A stretch of DNA of 64,000 nucleotides from Takakia lepidozioides (GCA_030704615.1 CM060734.1:62186001-62250000); one strand, 5' to 3'; shown: positions 34,901-48,694, numbered from the stretch's first letter. Program-made: numbers and translations. Notes: a model not told the origin generated them from the letters alone.

Positions 34901-37900
34901 TCCAGTTACTTCTGAATCAGAAGCAGTATCTGAGAGCAGGTCAAAGAAATGGGTGTCATACCTGCTTGCGGTAGATTTTCTCTTCAATCGTACCACATGT
35001 CATGAGGCGATACACCACCACATCCTTCATTTGCCCAATTCGATATGCCGGATCCACACTTTGATTGTCAGTGCTGAATAACCGCCCCAAAAAGGGATTA
35101 GAAGCTTCACTGACCAAGAACTAAAGGGAAATGAAATGAAATGGTGCTTTATAACGTCTGCGGAAAGCTCATAGAGAACTAAAGGGAATCAGACAAAAAT
35201 GCAGTATTAGAACCAGGCCTAAGTCACTGAGAGAAAGGATTAAGAAACAGTAAGGTGACTGTTCCTTCATGTAGATGTAAGATGAAGCTCTCTGAATGAG
35301 AGATACAGACTGTTATCTTTAAGTGGCAAACAAGTATGTGCTAAAAAGGAAGTAACTAAGTTTACAGACCTCGTCAAGAATAATGTAATCCCAAGTAATG
35401 ATGTCTTCGCTGGTGTCCCCAAAGCCATCCCTCCCAGTGAAGTCCCCTCTGAGCTCCTTTGAGTGGCAGCGCACTAGGTCATATGTGGTTATCAGCACTC
35501 CTCCCCTCTGAGCTTGCCCGTTTGTCAGTTTGCCATTAACAATCTCTACCAATCAGTGTGGGATGCCAAAGAAACCTTATCCTACTACAACCAAATCATA
35601 CAGACATTATATACTCTTGTTCCATTGCTGACAAAAGAGACCGGCTAAAAAGACCCAGCAGCAGCAACAAGTGTATGTATTGTCATGAAAAGTGTGCAGG
35701 CAAAATTGTTACCTGGAGGACTCCTTGCAGAGCAAATTCACGTGCCTTTGCTGATGTACCTGAATAACTGCATGACTTGTACCAAAAGCCTCATTAGTGA
35801 TGACAGGAAGCACGCCAACCCTTTCCCAATCTTAAGGGTGACCTGAAGGGCCTACCTACCCTGGGCACTAGACTGAAATTTATCAAAATCATGGGGTCTG
35901 TTTTAACACGATATAACTCTTTGCCATGAAGGCATTGAAAGAGAACAATCCCAGAAACCTCACCCGGGAATCTGGGGCGGTGGTGAAAAGATGGAAAAAC
36001 ATCAGATGCACTCACTCTTGCGTCTTGCGTGCAAGACCAACCGTTGACAGCTCTTTAGCCCACTGTGCAATCAGTGTCTTGGGAACCACAATGGGTGCAC
36101 ACTTGATAAGCTGAGAATGAAAGAGTCCAGCAAGGAAGGATGCTATCTGCACTCAGTAAACAACAATCAAAGTCAGCAGATGATACAGATGCCAGGGCTA
36201 TGCAGTGTAGACAAACTGCAATGTCTCTGCATACATACTCACATCCAGCAACAATCCAATCTGCAAACAACACATCTACCAAGTGCTCAAATGCTCAGAG
36301 AGGGGCACATGCAAAAATGTCATTCTTACCAAGAACAGCAGATTCCATTCATTCTACAGAGCTTAGATTTATCACAAACTGCCTATTTGACACTATGTTT
36401 ACCTTCCAAACCACCAAAAATGTATTTGACATGGCACTAACAATTATGCTCACCTGCATAGTTTTACCAAGACCCATGTCATCACGTAGAATGCCTCCCA
36501 TGCATTTACAGTGCAGTCCCCACAACCACTTGATCCCCTCACGCTGATGGGGGTAGAGCATCTTAGCAATTTTGGCATTAAGCTTGTAGCATCGACTACC
36601 ATCAATCAATTCCATGTCAGCTTCTGTGCCCTGTTTAGAAGCAAATCCATTGAATGTAGAGGGTGGCAGCTTTGGAGGCAACACAGCTTGATCAACCCCT
36701 GTGTTGCAGTTCAACAGCACTGGTGCACCATCATCACCGTCATCCGCAGATGTACATTCCTTGGAAAAGGAAGACTTCCCAATACTAGAGCTGCCAGGTT
36801 TGGTGCTTTCTGAACCCCTCTCCACCTCAATCGTCAGCTTTTGCTGGACAAAGCCTTTTTTCTCACAGGCTGATGCTGGCATACCTCCTTCTTTGCACAG
36901 TCACCGTGAACGTCCGGAGAGCCTTAGGAGAACGTCGTTTCTGACGTTCCTGCTGTAAAAAAAAAGAAACGTAGGGAAAACGTTTAGATTTGGATGATAA
37001 TTGTTTCATCCAAAATTTGATTGGATGAAAACTCGGGCAACAAACCCTAGAGCCCTGCTGAAACAGATTCTGTCGAAATCAGGCAACTACGTTCATTGCT
37101 CATGCCGTTTTCTGTTACGTTTTCTAGTTTCCTCTTCTATGAGGACGCCCATTTTTTACGTTTTCAAGCATTGATTTTGTGAACTCGTTTTCCGTTCGCG
37201 GTGACTGGGCTTCTTTGAATGAACTCTGCAACTCGTTCCTTTGTTTCCTGCTGGACAAACCACCTGGGCAGATTGAATGCTTGGCCCGGAGAGTCACACA
37301 GCTAAGGCTCCCACTCAACCCATCAGACAAACCAGCTTCATCTTCTGAAGCCCCATCTGCCTTTGCATGACTGTATGTCCTCTCCAATCTTAGCTTCTCG
37401 GAGACATCCAGAACTTTGACACGTTGACTTAGACCTGGATATAATGCAAGTATGAATAGAATCAATTGACATATATACATTGCTGTTGGCACAAGGATCA
37501 CGCACTCATTACCATGAACACATAAGGATAAAATCCATGTATGGAAGGGGTCAATCGGCAGAGAAGTCAATCTGCAGAGAAATCAAGACATGATTAACTT
37601 GTATCACCAGCGGCAAAACTATCCAGAAATCTATGACACTTCTCCATTTTGATTGGCTGACAATGTGTGGTAAGCATCATGGCTGTTTGTCGATATGATA
37701 CTTATCTTTGAAATTGACTATCTTTTCTCTTTGGATAACAGGGCTATACAGCTTAGGGGACTTCAAACTGCAAACTTACCTGCTCTTAAGTTCAAAGCCG
37801 AGAAACTCAAATTGGCAGTGTCGTCGTCACCATCATCAAGACTTATTACTCCACTTCCTTCTGGATCTGTCAGCAGTTTAGAGTCTTCTCTTTTGGCTTC

Positions 37901-38059
37901 TGCTTCGAACAGCTGCTCCAAATCCAGCAATGTCCGAAGCAAACATTTCCAGCATTCCACTTTCACAAATATACGATAATTTTCCAATTTCAATTGTGAA
38001 ATTGGAGAAGGGTTAGAAAGAGCTCGACTAGGCGGAGGGCATTTCTTCAAACGGCGCAT
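31930..38059 (-). pseudogene. CHR24: CHR24/ERCC6L-like SNF2 ATPase, copy A (central helicase exons and last exon absent)
   Basis: KMLYPHQREGIKWLWGLH...GGILRDDMGLGKTMQ (36455-36580); GVLITTYD...WDYIILDE (35370-35510); [38 protein letters not shown] (34962-35075); VFKGGLMKVATENKEQMRYFSQQ; DLRELF; GIAGVSHHDLLFSK. Confidence 0.8.
35815..35885 (+). mobile_element. Small LINE fragment in a CHR24 intron
   Basis: GACCTGAAGGGCCTACCTACCCTGGGCACTAGACTGAAATTTA resembles the reverse complement of 49148-49192. Confidence 0.6.
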
Positions 38060-38269
38060 CCAGGTGATCTCTAGAGCGTTCTCCAGTGAGAATCCCAGGA
38101 AAAAAGGCGAGCATATTTCAGAGTTCTTGAAAGAACCCTTTGTGTGCCAAGACCAAGAGGGATTGATTTATAATTGTCCTAGGGTGAGCATAGAACACTT
38201 CGTTTAGCAAGCGGGGTTGCTTCAGATTGCTGGCTGGTGCTAGAGTCCAATGTAGGCTATTGGCTCCTG

Positions 38270-41200
38270 TTTAGTACCATGATTTGGTATTCTTCTTGAT
38301 GTTTACAAGGTTCTTGCGAGAGTCAGCTTGGTCTTGCCAGGCCGTGTTTCAGGCCTGCTTATCTGCACTGTGGTGGTTCTCACAGACCGATCCGACATTA
38401 CCTGACTACGGACACAAGCAGCACACACAAGAGGTCCTTTTGGGTTGATGGTCTCCATGGGTCATGACACAACGTCAGGACAATGTGGTGAGGGCACCTT
38501 CTTCTTCAACCTATTTCCGCCTGTTTTTCCCTCTCATCAGACTCGGCCCATATTGAATTCTGTAAGTTAGCTCGTTGGGTGGATCTGTGGTGGTTTGGAG
38601 TGACTTGGACAAGTTACTGCCGATGTGGCAGCAGGAAACTATCCAATAACAGATAACAGAGATGAGGAGAAAGCTTTGGAATGAACACTTTTCCGACCTC
38701 GGTCAATGGTACTAGGACAATGGAGACAAAAAGGTGAATGCATGTTGGACTACAGAGAGAAGCAGATGCAATTCAGATTACCTATGATTCCCTGTGGATC
38801 AATAGCTACAGAAACCTGCATGGGTAGATGGTCAACTAAAGGCAACAGCTGCAGCGGCACAGTTGATAATACAGGCACCTCAACCATGACCACAGCTTCG
38901 GAAAGAGGATCAAGAGAATGAGTCCACAATGCCTCTTCTGGCACTTCTGGGGCATGTGAAGATACTTTGTGCGGCAGGCAGACTGACAGAGGCTCTACAG
39001 ACTTTAAACCAAGGAGGCATTTCAGCAGATTCAGATACGTATGTCTGTCTCTTGCTTAAGTGCATCAAGATGGATGGTCTGGAAGCTGGAAAGCAGGTGC
39101 ACACCACATCATCCTAAGTGGATTCACGCCAAATGTTTTTCTACTCGACACCCTTGTCAACATGTATGTTAAGTGCGGGAGCATCATGGATGCTCACCAA
39201 GTGTTCAACGGAATGCCTCAACATCTTTGATCACGTGGAATATAATGTTGGCAGGATTTACCAAGCATGGATGTAGTAGGAATACTTTTGGACACCTATG
39301 AGCAAATGTTGCGCGAAGGGGTGAAGCCCAACCACATCACATTTGTTTGTATTTGCAATACGTATGCAAGCCTGGGAGCTCTGGAAAAGCGGAGAGAGGT
39401 CCATGGTGACATCACCAAAGCTGGAATTGTACCAGATGTGACACTGAACAATACCCTTATGGACATGTATGCCAAATGTGGGAGCATTGAGGATGCGGAG
39501 GGAGTGTTGAACACTATGGCTAAACAAGATGTGACACGGGTTGGAGTGGACACATCGTCACGTGCAACACAGGCTTTTTCTGTGGAGCGACGGACTGAAC
39601 AACACATCGGATTGTACCAGATGTCATTCTGAACTCTGCCCTGGTGGACATGTAAGCCAAATGTGGGTGCATTGAGGATGCAAAGCAAGGAACTTATGTG
39701 TACTCTACGAAGGGGTGGAGCCCAACCACATCACCTTAGTTTGTGTTTGCAATGCGTGTGCAAGCTTGGGAGCCCTGGAAAAGGGGAAAGAGGTCCATGG
39801 TGACATCGTCAAAGCTGGAATTGTACCCGATTTTATTCTGAACAATACTCGTGGACGTGTATGCCAAATGTGGGAGCAGGATGCGAAGGCAGTGTTGAAC
39901 TATATCGTTGAATGAAATGTGGTGTCGTGGAACGTAATGCTTGCAAGGTATGCACAGCAGTGGCGTGGGATGGAGGCTTTGGAGACCTATGAGCAAATGA
40001 TGGGGGAAGGGGTGAAGCCCGACCACATCACGTCTGTGCGTTTGCAAGCCTGGCAGCCTTGGAAATGAGCGAAGGGGTGCATGGTTGCATCGCAAAAGCA
40101 GGAGTTGGTGAGAAGAATGATGAAGGTCAGAGGGGTTAGAAAGGAGCCAGGTCCCTGCTGCATTGAGATTTGCAACAGACCTTCGCTGTAGATGACATGG
40201 TGCATCCCAGAATTAAGGAAATCCATGCTGAGCTGAGAAGATTGTCTGGGTAGTGAGAAGCTGGCCATTGGTTTTAGGCTGATCAGGTTTGTGTGCATTT
40301 GCAGTGCGTGTGCAAGCCTGGCAGCCTTGGAGAAGGGCAAAAATGTGCATGGTTGCATTTCCAAAGCTGGAATTGTACCAGATGTGATTCTGAACAATAC
40401 CCTCATGGACTTGGATGCCAAATATGGGAGCATTGAGGATGCGGAGGGAGTGTTCATGCTTGCAGGATATGCCAGCAGGGGCGCAGGATGGAGGCCTTGG
40501 AGACCTATGATCAAATGATGGGGGAAAAGGTGAAGTGCAACCACATCACGTTTGTGTGCGTTGGCAATGCTTGTGCAAGCCTGGCAGCTCTGGAAAAGGG
40601 AAAAGTGTGGGTCCAGATTCAGCAGCAGCGACACAATTCATAAAATCAGACACTACTAATGAAGGCACATTCTTCAAAACATTTCACCCTGTTTTCCCCT
40701 CTTATCGAAATCGTACTTAATGTTGATTTTTTCAAGTTACTGGTTGAGTGAACCTTTGATAGTTTGCAATGCATGTGCAAGCCTGGCAGCTCTGGAGAAG
40801 GGCAAAGAGGTCCATGGTGACATTGTCAGAGCTGCAATTGTACCACATGTCATTCTGAACAATACCCTCGTGGACATGTATGAAGGGAACAGTATGGCTG
40901 AACGAGATGTGGTGTCGTGGAACTCGATGCTTGCAGGGTATGCACAGCAGGGGCACTGGATGGAGACTTTGGCACCAGATGTTGTACTTGGCACACTATG
41001 TAAACCCAGTAAGACCAGGGAGTAGTTGAGCAGCTCAGTCTCAACCCTTTCCTAGTGCCAACAAACTCTGATGTGGATTCACGCCAAGAAAGGTCTGGAA
41101 GCTGGAAAGCAGGTGCACACTCACAAGCATTGCAGGGTATGCACAGCAGGGACGTGGGATGGTGGATTTGGAGACCTATGATCAAATTATGTGGGAACAA

Positions 41201-41400
41201 CCACATCATGTTTTTGTGTGATTGCAATGCTTGTGCAAGCCTGGCAGCCCTGGAAAAGGTCAAAAAGGTCTATGGTGACATTGTCAAAGCTGGAATTGTA
41301 GCAGATGTCATTCTGAACTGTGCCCTGGTGGATATATATGCCCAATGTGGGTGCATTGAGGATGCAAAGCAAGGAACTTATGTGTACTCTGTTTATGTAC
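38270..41400 (+). pseudogene. Decayed, internally rearranged PDF-PPR-DYW paralog
   Basis: Leader matches 27420-27800; PDF remnant 38660-38840; PPR pieces 38950-40070; condensed E2/DYW pieces 40105-40285; further PPR pieces and a PDF-linker piece (40605-40760) follow out of order. Confidence 0.85.
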
Positions 41401-41962
41401 TGGGTGTGGCAGGGAGGCTTTGGAGATTGCGAATGGGTGATGCCTGGTAGGTGAACCTCATGTGTATTCTGATGCCTGTGCCAGTCTTTGAGCACTGAAA
41501 AAGTGCAGATGTAAGCTTATACGTTCTGATGTGAGGTTCTCTGGTTTTACGACAAGAACAAAACAATTATGAGCAGGAAGTGAAGGGCCATCTCCTATTG
41601 GAATTCCTCAATCAACATAGCGGGGCCTGAATCAAACATCAATGGACTAGGCCTTTCGTCTTCACTAGGTGTTGCTGCTAAAAAAATAATTGATTGTGAC
41701 AGGGTCCCTAATCGAATGATGCTTCCAGGTACAGGTGAAGCAGAGGAATATAACATACTGTTATATTTCACTTTGCACCTAACTTCCCAACAAAGCAGTT
41801 TAGCATCAACCTCGGTCCTGAGAGAGAAAGCCACAGTTCTATAGAATAGCGTGATTAATTTTAAAGTTGCACTCTTAGGGTTTAATTTTCCTAAAAAACC
41901 CACCGATGTATACTTTCATCTCTCTCTCTCTCTCTCTCTCCGCACCATACATACAAACAACC

Positions 41963-42691
41963 ATGTCAACGTCGGAAATAGCCGACACAATAGACATTGT
42001 AGCGGACCAACAAATCCAGGAAATAACCCACCAAGACAAAACAAACGTGATATACGACAATTTCAAGTCCAATGACCATCATGCCCTAAAGGTGGGGAAC
42101 ACATGGAAGCGCCTGCCCTACAGTATAAACTTCCATAGCGCCTTGTGGAACATCCCTTCGGACTGTGAATAAATAGCAATCTTTGTAGGTATTGCAAAAT
42201 CCCCCTACCTTGGCAAAACCGGGAACTACAGATTTGTGACTCTTGCCAAAGAACTGAAAGACGCAAAATTCACAATATTGATAGAAGACAGCCATTTCTT
42301 GTTCGACTACGCAAATACAATACAGAATGGTTCGATAATTGAAGGAGGAGAGGCGAGGACATGACGTGGATGGGTGGAAACAACATGAGCTTCACGAAAA
42401 AGCTCCTAAAAACTAACGCAAACAACTCTGGCTCAACGTCCGGTAACAACAAACAACTACGAGATATACAATACAATAGAAGTCCTTAATGAAAATGGCC
42501 AAAATATGGATGGAGAATCCGTACATTCAGGGGATCTCGTTGCAGTCAAGTGTAACATCCGATATTGGATGAATTGCCGTCACAAGAAACGCGGGCTTTC
42601 ATTCCAACTAAAAGGGGTCAAACTATTGGCCAAAGCACGAGAGGAGACAAAGTCAAAAGACAACAACTGGAGCAAAAGCATAGCTTGGTAG
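41963..42691 (+). pseudogene. Degenerate ORF ending in a T7 gp2.5/viral SSB-like OB-fold motif
   Basis: GESVHSGDLVAVKCNIRYW...KRGLSFQLKGVKLL resembles the C-terminal strands of gp2.5-type SSBs; intronless, with stops and frameshifts. Confidence 0.35.
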
Positions 42692-42970
42692 AGCTTAAAT
42701 TAGACACATCTAAACGTCCCATGTAAGGGCCACCATATTTTATAAAGACCATCCTCCTCCTCTTAAAAAAATCTATATTTTGTCCTAATGCATCCTCACA
42801 GCGGATAATAAAAAAATATTGATTTACCATAGTCCAAATCTACTTGTTGTACCAAGACGACCCATGGAAAACCCCTGCAAACCGCCCCCCCCCACCCCCA
42901 CCAATCGGAACTGCGTGACCGACATGATCCTCAAGTATGGCCCATCCGTCTGGACGTCCTTATCAGAAGT

Positions 42971-43011
42971 CGTCGCTAGTAGTGCGGAGCAACGCGAAGC
43001 CCTAGTTCTAG
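42971..43011 (+). mobile_element. Helitron-like 3' terminus
   Basis: CGTCGCTAGTAGTGCGGAGCAACGCGAAGCCCTAG(TTCTAG): small GCG..CGC hairpin plus CTAG; the identical 35-mer is at 47268-47302. Confidence 0.45.
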
Positions 43012-44104
43012 TGGTGACCGAAGGTCGAGAGATAGTTTAGCGTGGAGCGTGAATAGGGTGCCATAGTGCCACGTCATCATCAACACGCCATCGTCGTCGT
43101 CAGCCACGTCATCGTCGTCATTTTACTTTGAGCTGCCCATTTGCCTGAAGTAATTCCCTCAACCTGTCGGAGCACTTGGGGCGTAGGTATGTATGTCTTC
43201 CTCTTAACAAACTACATTTCTAGCACAAGAACCTGAAAGAGAGTCGTGTATAGACCTGCTGAAATTTCTTTATGATCTAGGGACAGAGACTGCAGACGAA
43301 TCTTCTCACATTTGTTTGACATTCAATCAATCTATTCTATCACTTTGATTCCGGACCATCTCTTTTCCCGGTCTCTCTTCGCATAGGCTTCAGGCCACCC
43401 CCTTGGCACAGGTAATGGAGAATGTTGAGATGCAACTAGTTTTGTTTACATCGTTTCTATTGAAATGCCATCATTACTGAATAGGTCTGGCGACCATTGG
43501 CGTGCAATCACCTGTTGAGTCGTTGGCTAGAGATATGATCCTTGATGGCAGCTTTCCTGATATATAATTAAAGATCTTAGTACTCGTTTCCTCGGCCTAG
43601 GGTAAGCTCTCTTGAATTAATTCATTAGTAACGGAGGTTGGAGTTTTTGATGCAAATACGATTCATGGTGGTTCATGTTCCCGAGGGCAGTTCGCATCGG
43701 TCCCCACCGACTTTTACAAGGTACAGTAATGTTTTACACTGATGTCAGACATATAGTGTGTGTGTGTTCTGTCTGTGAGTTGGAAGGCTTTTCAACCAAT
43801 AGCACCTAATTCGAGGTAGATATATGTTTGTGAGAATTTGCAGGTCCTTTGATTGTCCCCTTCACCTGCAAAGTGGCCAATGATCGGTTGTCCCAATATG
43901 TGTAGTTAAATCTCTGTCTGTATCATTGTCCCCCCCCATGACTGCATCATTCTCAGCAGCATTTGCTTGAGCTTCCCTACCCTTCAGTATACAATCTGAA
44001 AAGGAGGTCCTTGTGGAGCATCTCGAGACAGGTGTTCTTGGCAGATCCAGACCTTGAAGTGGAGCCAAATGAATCAGTCTATATATTTCAGCTCTAAGAA
44101 GCAC

Positions 44105-44225
44105 CCATAAGAAGCACCCGACGTCCAAATGAATACGTGTTGAGGAAAGTGAACAATTTGCTCAGTGAGTTTTTAAGCCGGTGTCCCTCATCCACTATCA
44201 GGACTTCCCAGGGCATTGCTTGAAG
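44105..44225 (-). pseudogene. CHD3-type (PKL/CHR4-like) SNF2 ATPase fragment
   Basis: WEVLIVDEGHRLKNSLSKLFTFLNTYSFGRRVLL (DEGH box). Confidence 0.75.
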
Positions 44226-44274
44226 TTGGCTAGAAGGTGGATGCCTGTTGATGGGTGGAAACAACACCAAGGTG

Positions 44275-46845
44275 TATGCCAAGGTGGATGCCTGTTGGAT
44301 TACAGAGAGTAGCAGATGCAATTGAGCATAGGAACTAGTGTGATAAGTTGAGTTGGGTGTTTCCTAGAACAAATCTAGGCTGTCATTGTCAGCTGATAGT
44401 AGCAAGGCAAGGATGTATGTATGATTTGTGCAGAGGCATGGATAGCTGAAGGAGCAGGGATAGTGTGTGGGTGGACAGATTCATCCAAGAGGGCCGGACT
44501 TCAAGCTCCACATGACCTATGATTCCATGTGGATCAATAGCTACAATAAACCTGCATGGGTAGATGGTCAACTAAAGGCAGCAGCTGCAGCGGCACAGTT
44601 GATAGAATCAGGCACCTCAACCATGACCACAGCTTCTGAAAGAGGATCAAGAGAGGGAGTCCACAATGCCTCTTCTGGCACTTCTGGGCATGTTTGTGCT
44701 GAAGGCAGACTGACAGATCGGGCACTGCTAGTCCAGGCATTCTTCAACACATTTCAACTTGTTTTTCGCTCTTATCATAATAGCAGATGCATTTGAGCAT
44801 AGAAACTAGTGTGGTAAGTTGAGTTGGGTGTTTCATGGTCGGTCAAATCCTCCATGAGTCATGTCACAAGGTCAAGGACAATGTGGTGAGGGCACCTTCT
44901 TCTTCGACCTATTTCACCCTGTTTTTCCATCTCATCAAGCACCTCAACCATGACCACAGCTTCTGGAAGAGGATCAAGAGATGGAGTCCACAATGCCTCT
45001 TCTGGCACTTCTGGGCATGTGAAGATGCTTTGTGAGGTAGGCAGACTGAAAGAGGAGACTTTAAACCAAGGAGGCATTTCAGCAGATCCCTATACGTATG
45101 TCTGTCTCTTACATAAGTACATGAAGATGAAAGGCCTTGAAGCTGGAAAGCAGGTGCACACTCACATTATCCAAAGTGGATTTAGCCAAATGTTTTTCTC
45201 CTCAACACCCTTGTCAACATGTATGTCAAGTGCGGGAGCATCATGGATGCTCACTAAGTGTTCAACAGAATGCCTCAACCATCTTTGATCACATGGAATG
45301 TAATGTTGGCAGGATTTACCAAGGTGTGGTATGAATGCTTTGGAGACCTATGAGCAAATGATGCACGAACGTTCCTTTGCGTTTGCAATGCGTGTACAAG
45401 CCTGGGAGCCCTGGAAAAGGGGAAAGAGGTCCATGATGAGATCATCAAAGCTGGAATTGTACCAGATGACATTCTGAACACTGCCCTGGTGGACATGTAT
45501 GCCAAATGTGGGTGCATTAAGGATGCAAAGGCAGTTTTGAACAATATGCAGGCTGAACAAGATGTGGTGTCGTGGAGCGCGATGCTTGCAGGGTATGCAC
45601 AGCAGGGAGGCTTTGGAGACCTATGAGCAAATGATGGGGGAAGGGATGAAGCCCAACCACATCACGTTCCTTTGCGTTTGCAATGTGTGTGCAAGCCTGG
45701 GAGCCCTGGAAAGGGGCAAAGAGGTCCATGATGACATCGTCAAAGCTGGAATTCTACCAGATGTCATTCTAAACACTACCCTGGTGGACATGTATGCCAA
45801 ATGTGGGTGCATTGAGGATGCAAAGGCAGTTTTGAAAGTTCAACAATATGCAGGCTGAACGAGATGTGGTGTCGTGGAGCACGATGCTTGCAGGGTATGC
45901 TTGCAGGGACGTGAGGTGGAGGCTTTGGAGACCTATGAGCAAATGATGGGGGGAGGGGTGAAGCCCAACCACATCACGTTTGTGTGTGTTTGCAATGCAT
46001 GCGCAAGCCTGGCAGCTCTGGAAAAGGGCAAAGAGGCCCATGGCGACATTGTCAGGGCTGGAATTGTACCCGATATCATTCTGAACAATGCCCTCATGGA
46101 CATGTATGCCAAATGTGGGAGCATTGAGGATGCGAAGGCAGTGTTCAACAATATGGCTGAATGAAATGTGGTGTTGTGGACCGCAATGCTTGCAGGGTAT
46201 GCACAGCAGGAGCGCGAGACGGAGGCTTTGGAGACCTATGAGCAAATGATGATGGAAGGGGTGAAGTCCGACCATATCACATCTGTGGGTTTGCAAGCCT
46301 GGCAGCCCTGGAAAAGGGCAAAGAGGTGCAAGGTGACATCGTCAAAACTGGAATTGTACCAGATGTCATTGTGAACACTACCCTGGTGGACATGTATGCC
46401 AAATGTGGATGCATTAAGGATGCAAAGGGAGTTTTCAACACTATGGCTGAACGAGATGTGGTGTCATTGAAGATGATGCTTGCAGGGTATCCACAGTAAG
46501 AATGGCTTGAAGCTGGACAGTATCACCTTTATATGTGTTCTCTCTGCATGCAGCCACACTGGCCTACTAAATGAAGGAAGACGCTACTTCGATTCCCTGA
46601 ATCAACATCATGGTGTGACCCTGCCAGTAAAGCACTTTGGCTGCATAGTGGACCTTCTGGACGTGCGGGACAACTACATGAGGCAAGGTACCTGATTAAT
46701 AAAATGCGAATCAATCCATATGTTGTGGTGTGGAAGGCCTTGCTTGGTGCTTGCAGAATCCATGGCAATGTGGAGATGGCTGAATGTGTGGCAACATCTA
46801 TCCTCAAGTGGGATGAACAGGATGCCGCGACTTATGTGTTGCTAT
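44275..46845 (+). pseudogene. Decayed PDF-PPR-E paralog (DYW deleted)
   Basis: Intron plus IHPRGPDFKLHMTYDSMW...KPAWVDGQL (44480-44575); PLS repeats with many frameshifts 45090-46480; L2-S2-E1 46500-46840. Confidence 0.88.
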
Positions 46846-47267
46846 AATTCGGGGTTTGGCTGGTGGAGCTTCTCCAAGATGGAAGTGAATACGAATTTTA
46901 ATGAGCTTGATGAGAGGGGCAGTCCTATGCACAAGTTTGTTCAGCATCTTAAATTTAGACATGTTTGTTTGTTTCTCGTGGTGTGGCTTTGGATGGAGCC
47001 CTTGACGAACTTACATGAATATTGTCAAAAGCTAGCCTTAACCCACCAAGATCCAATCCCACGGTGGATGCTTGAAAGTTCATATAGTGAATGTAAGGGT
47101 ATTTGGGTATGTTGTTATTGATTGATGCAGCTTGTGAAAATTGAACATTGAAATGCAGATCCGCCATTTTTCTTCCAAAAAAAACAAAACACGGGATCTC
47201 CGCATGTAACACAGTGGGGGATGACCCACCCCTTTTTTGTTAAAAAATGAACTTAGTTCTTAGAATT

Positions 47268-47302
47268 CGTCGCTAGTAGTGCGGAGCAACGCGAAGCCCT
47301 AG
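47268..47302 (+). mobile_element. Second Helitron-like 3' terminus
   Basis: 35 bp identical to 42971-43005. Confidence 0.45.
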
Positions 47303-47348
47303 CTTATCCTTAAACTTGCATCCGAATGAGTAAAAATCTCAACCCTTT

Positions 47349-47530
47349 CAACCAACATGTAGCCAAGTGGTAAGGGCATATACCCTCTTGCGAGTGGTTG
47401 TGGGTGCAAACCACCCTGTTGGTTGTTACAAAGGTGTCCACCTTCCTACCGGAAGGTCTAGGCAAGCCCTTCTAGGCAAGTGACACCATAAGTTACGCTT
47501 GCTTCGGCAAGGAGTCGACCTTTTTTTTTT
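47349..47530 (+). mobile_element. tRNA-derived SINE-like element
   Basis: A-box TAGCCAAGTGG (47360-47370); degenerate B-box GGTGCAAACC; CAACCAACA pairs with TGTTGGTTG (acceptor-like stem); T10 run at 47521-47530. Confidence 0.55.
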
Positions 47531-47889
47531 CCCAACCCTTTCCATCCTTTTGATGATTGTGCCCTCACAGCCAAAGGAGGACTAGTAAGTATATCTTCCT
47601 CTCATTATTCACATAATTATCCCTTGGTTGGGTGTAATTTTATTTATAGTAATTCAACCAACAGGACAGACCAAAAGCTTCGGATTTGGGATGTTGGACA
47701 GTTCCTGGACGCAAGAGAGAAAGACCTCAATTTTCTTGAAGGGGATTTTCAGGAGAGTTTTTTTTGGCTTGTTTGAGATTGGTAGCTCAAGTAGTTACTG
47801 AGAACACTGGGAGTCACACCAGCGATAGAGACCTGCGTCGGTGGACCAACACTGGCAGTATCGCTTATTGTGAGGGAGTCAAGTGGCAT

Positions 47890-48690
47890 AATTACTGTTG
47901 CCAAACTTCCTGATGGTGGTGCCAATATAAAGAAGAAGATTGAGAAGCTAAGGGCAGAGCTCATTCAGGAGGAACTTCTTGCTGCCAGCAAAGAGAACAC
48001 CGGAGTCCACATGAAGTCAAGGCCCTCTGCTCCAACTCCGCTGGTCGATCTATCATCCCCTAACTCTGTGGTGAACACAATGTCAGGCTCAGCTCTGTCT
48101 AAGCCAAAGACACTCAGCTCATCATAAAACCCAGCTGTGGCCCCCTCCTCAGCAACAGTGGATATCATGGATCAAATAGAACTGGTCAGCAGGTCAGAAG
48201 CTCATATTTGCCATCATCTGATGAGCCAACTTGGAACCTTTTGAGCGATTCTCCATCCTCCAGCAAGGAGACAGCAAGAACTCAATCTGTTACGGGAAAT
48301 GGATATATTGAAGACATGTCCGATGTACTTAGCAAACTCAGCATGGGTCAATTGTGAAGTTGCTATTACTGTAATTTTTCATTAGATGAATTTTGCACCT
48401 CAAGCTTAAAGGAGGTCAGCCCAAGCATAATTGTTCTATGAGTTTGCTGAAAATATCATGCCATGGCTGACCATCCAAAGTGTGACGAAGGTTGCAGCAC
48501 AGTGCTACAATCATGTGGTGGTATATCTCAAATAGGCAGCCAATCTGTAGTATGGCAAGCTATGTTTTGGTTGTGATGATATAACATTGCAGCACAAGCC
48601 ATTGGTGTTATGGATTCTCCTCAGATGGGCTCTCACATGAATGCATGTGACTGATTTTACTTCACTGACATTTTCAATTTGAGAGTTTGA
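47890..48690 (+). pseudogene. CHR24: CHR24-like last exon plus 3' flank, copy C (inverted repeat of ~58345-59140)
   Basis: TVAKLPDGGANIKKKIEKLRAEL; nucleotide inverted match to 58345-59140. Confidence 0.75.
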
Positions 48691-48694
48691 GAGA

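Noticed and set aside
47349-47425. Functional tRNA gene
   Set aside because: No proper anticodon arm and the TTC of the T-loop is missing.
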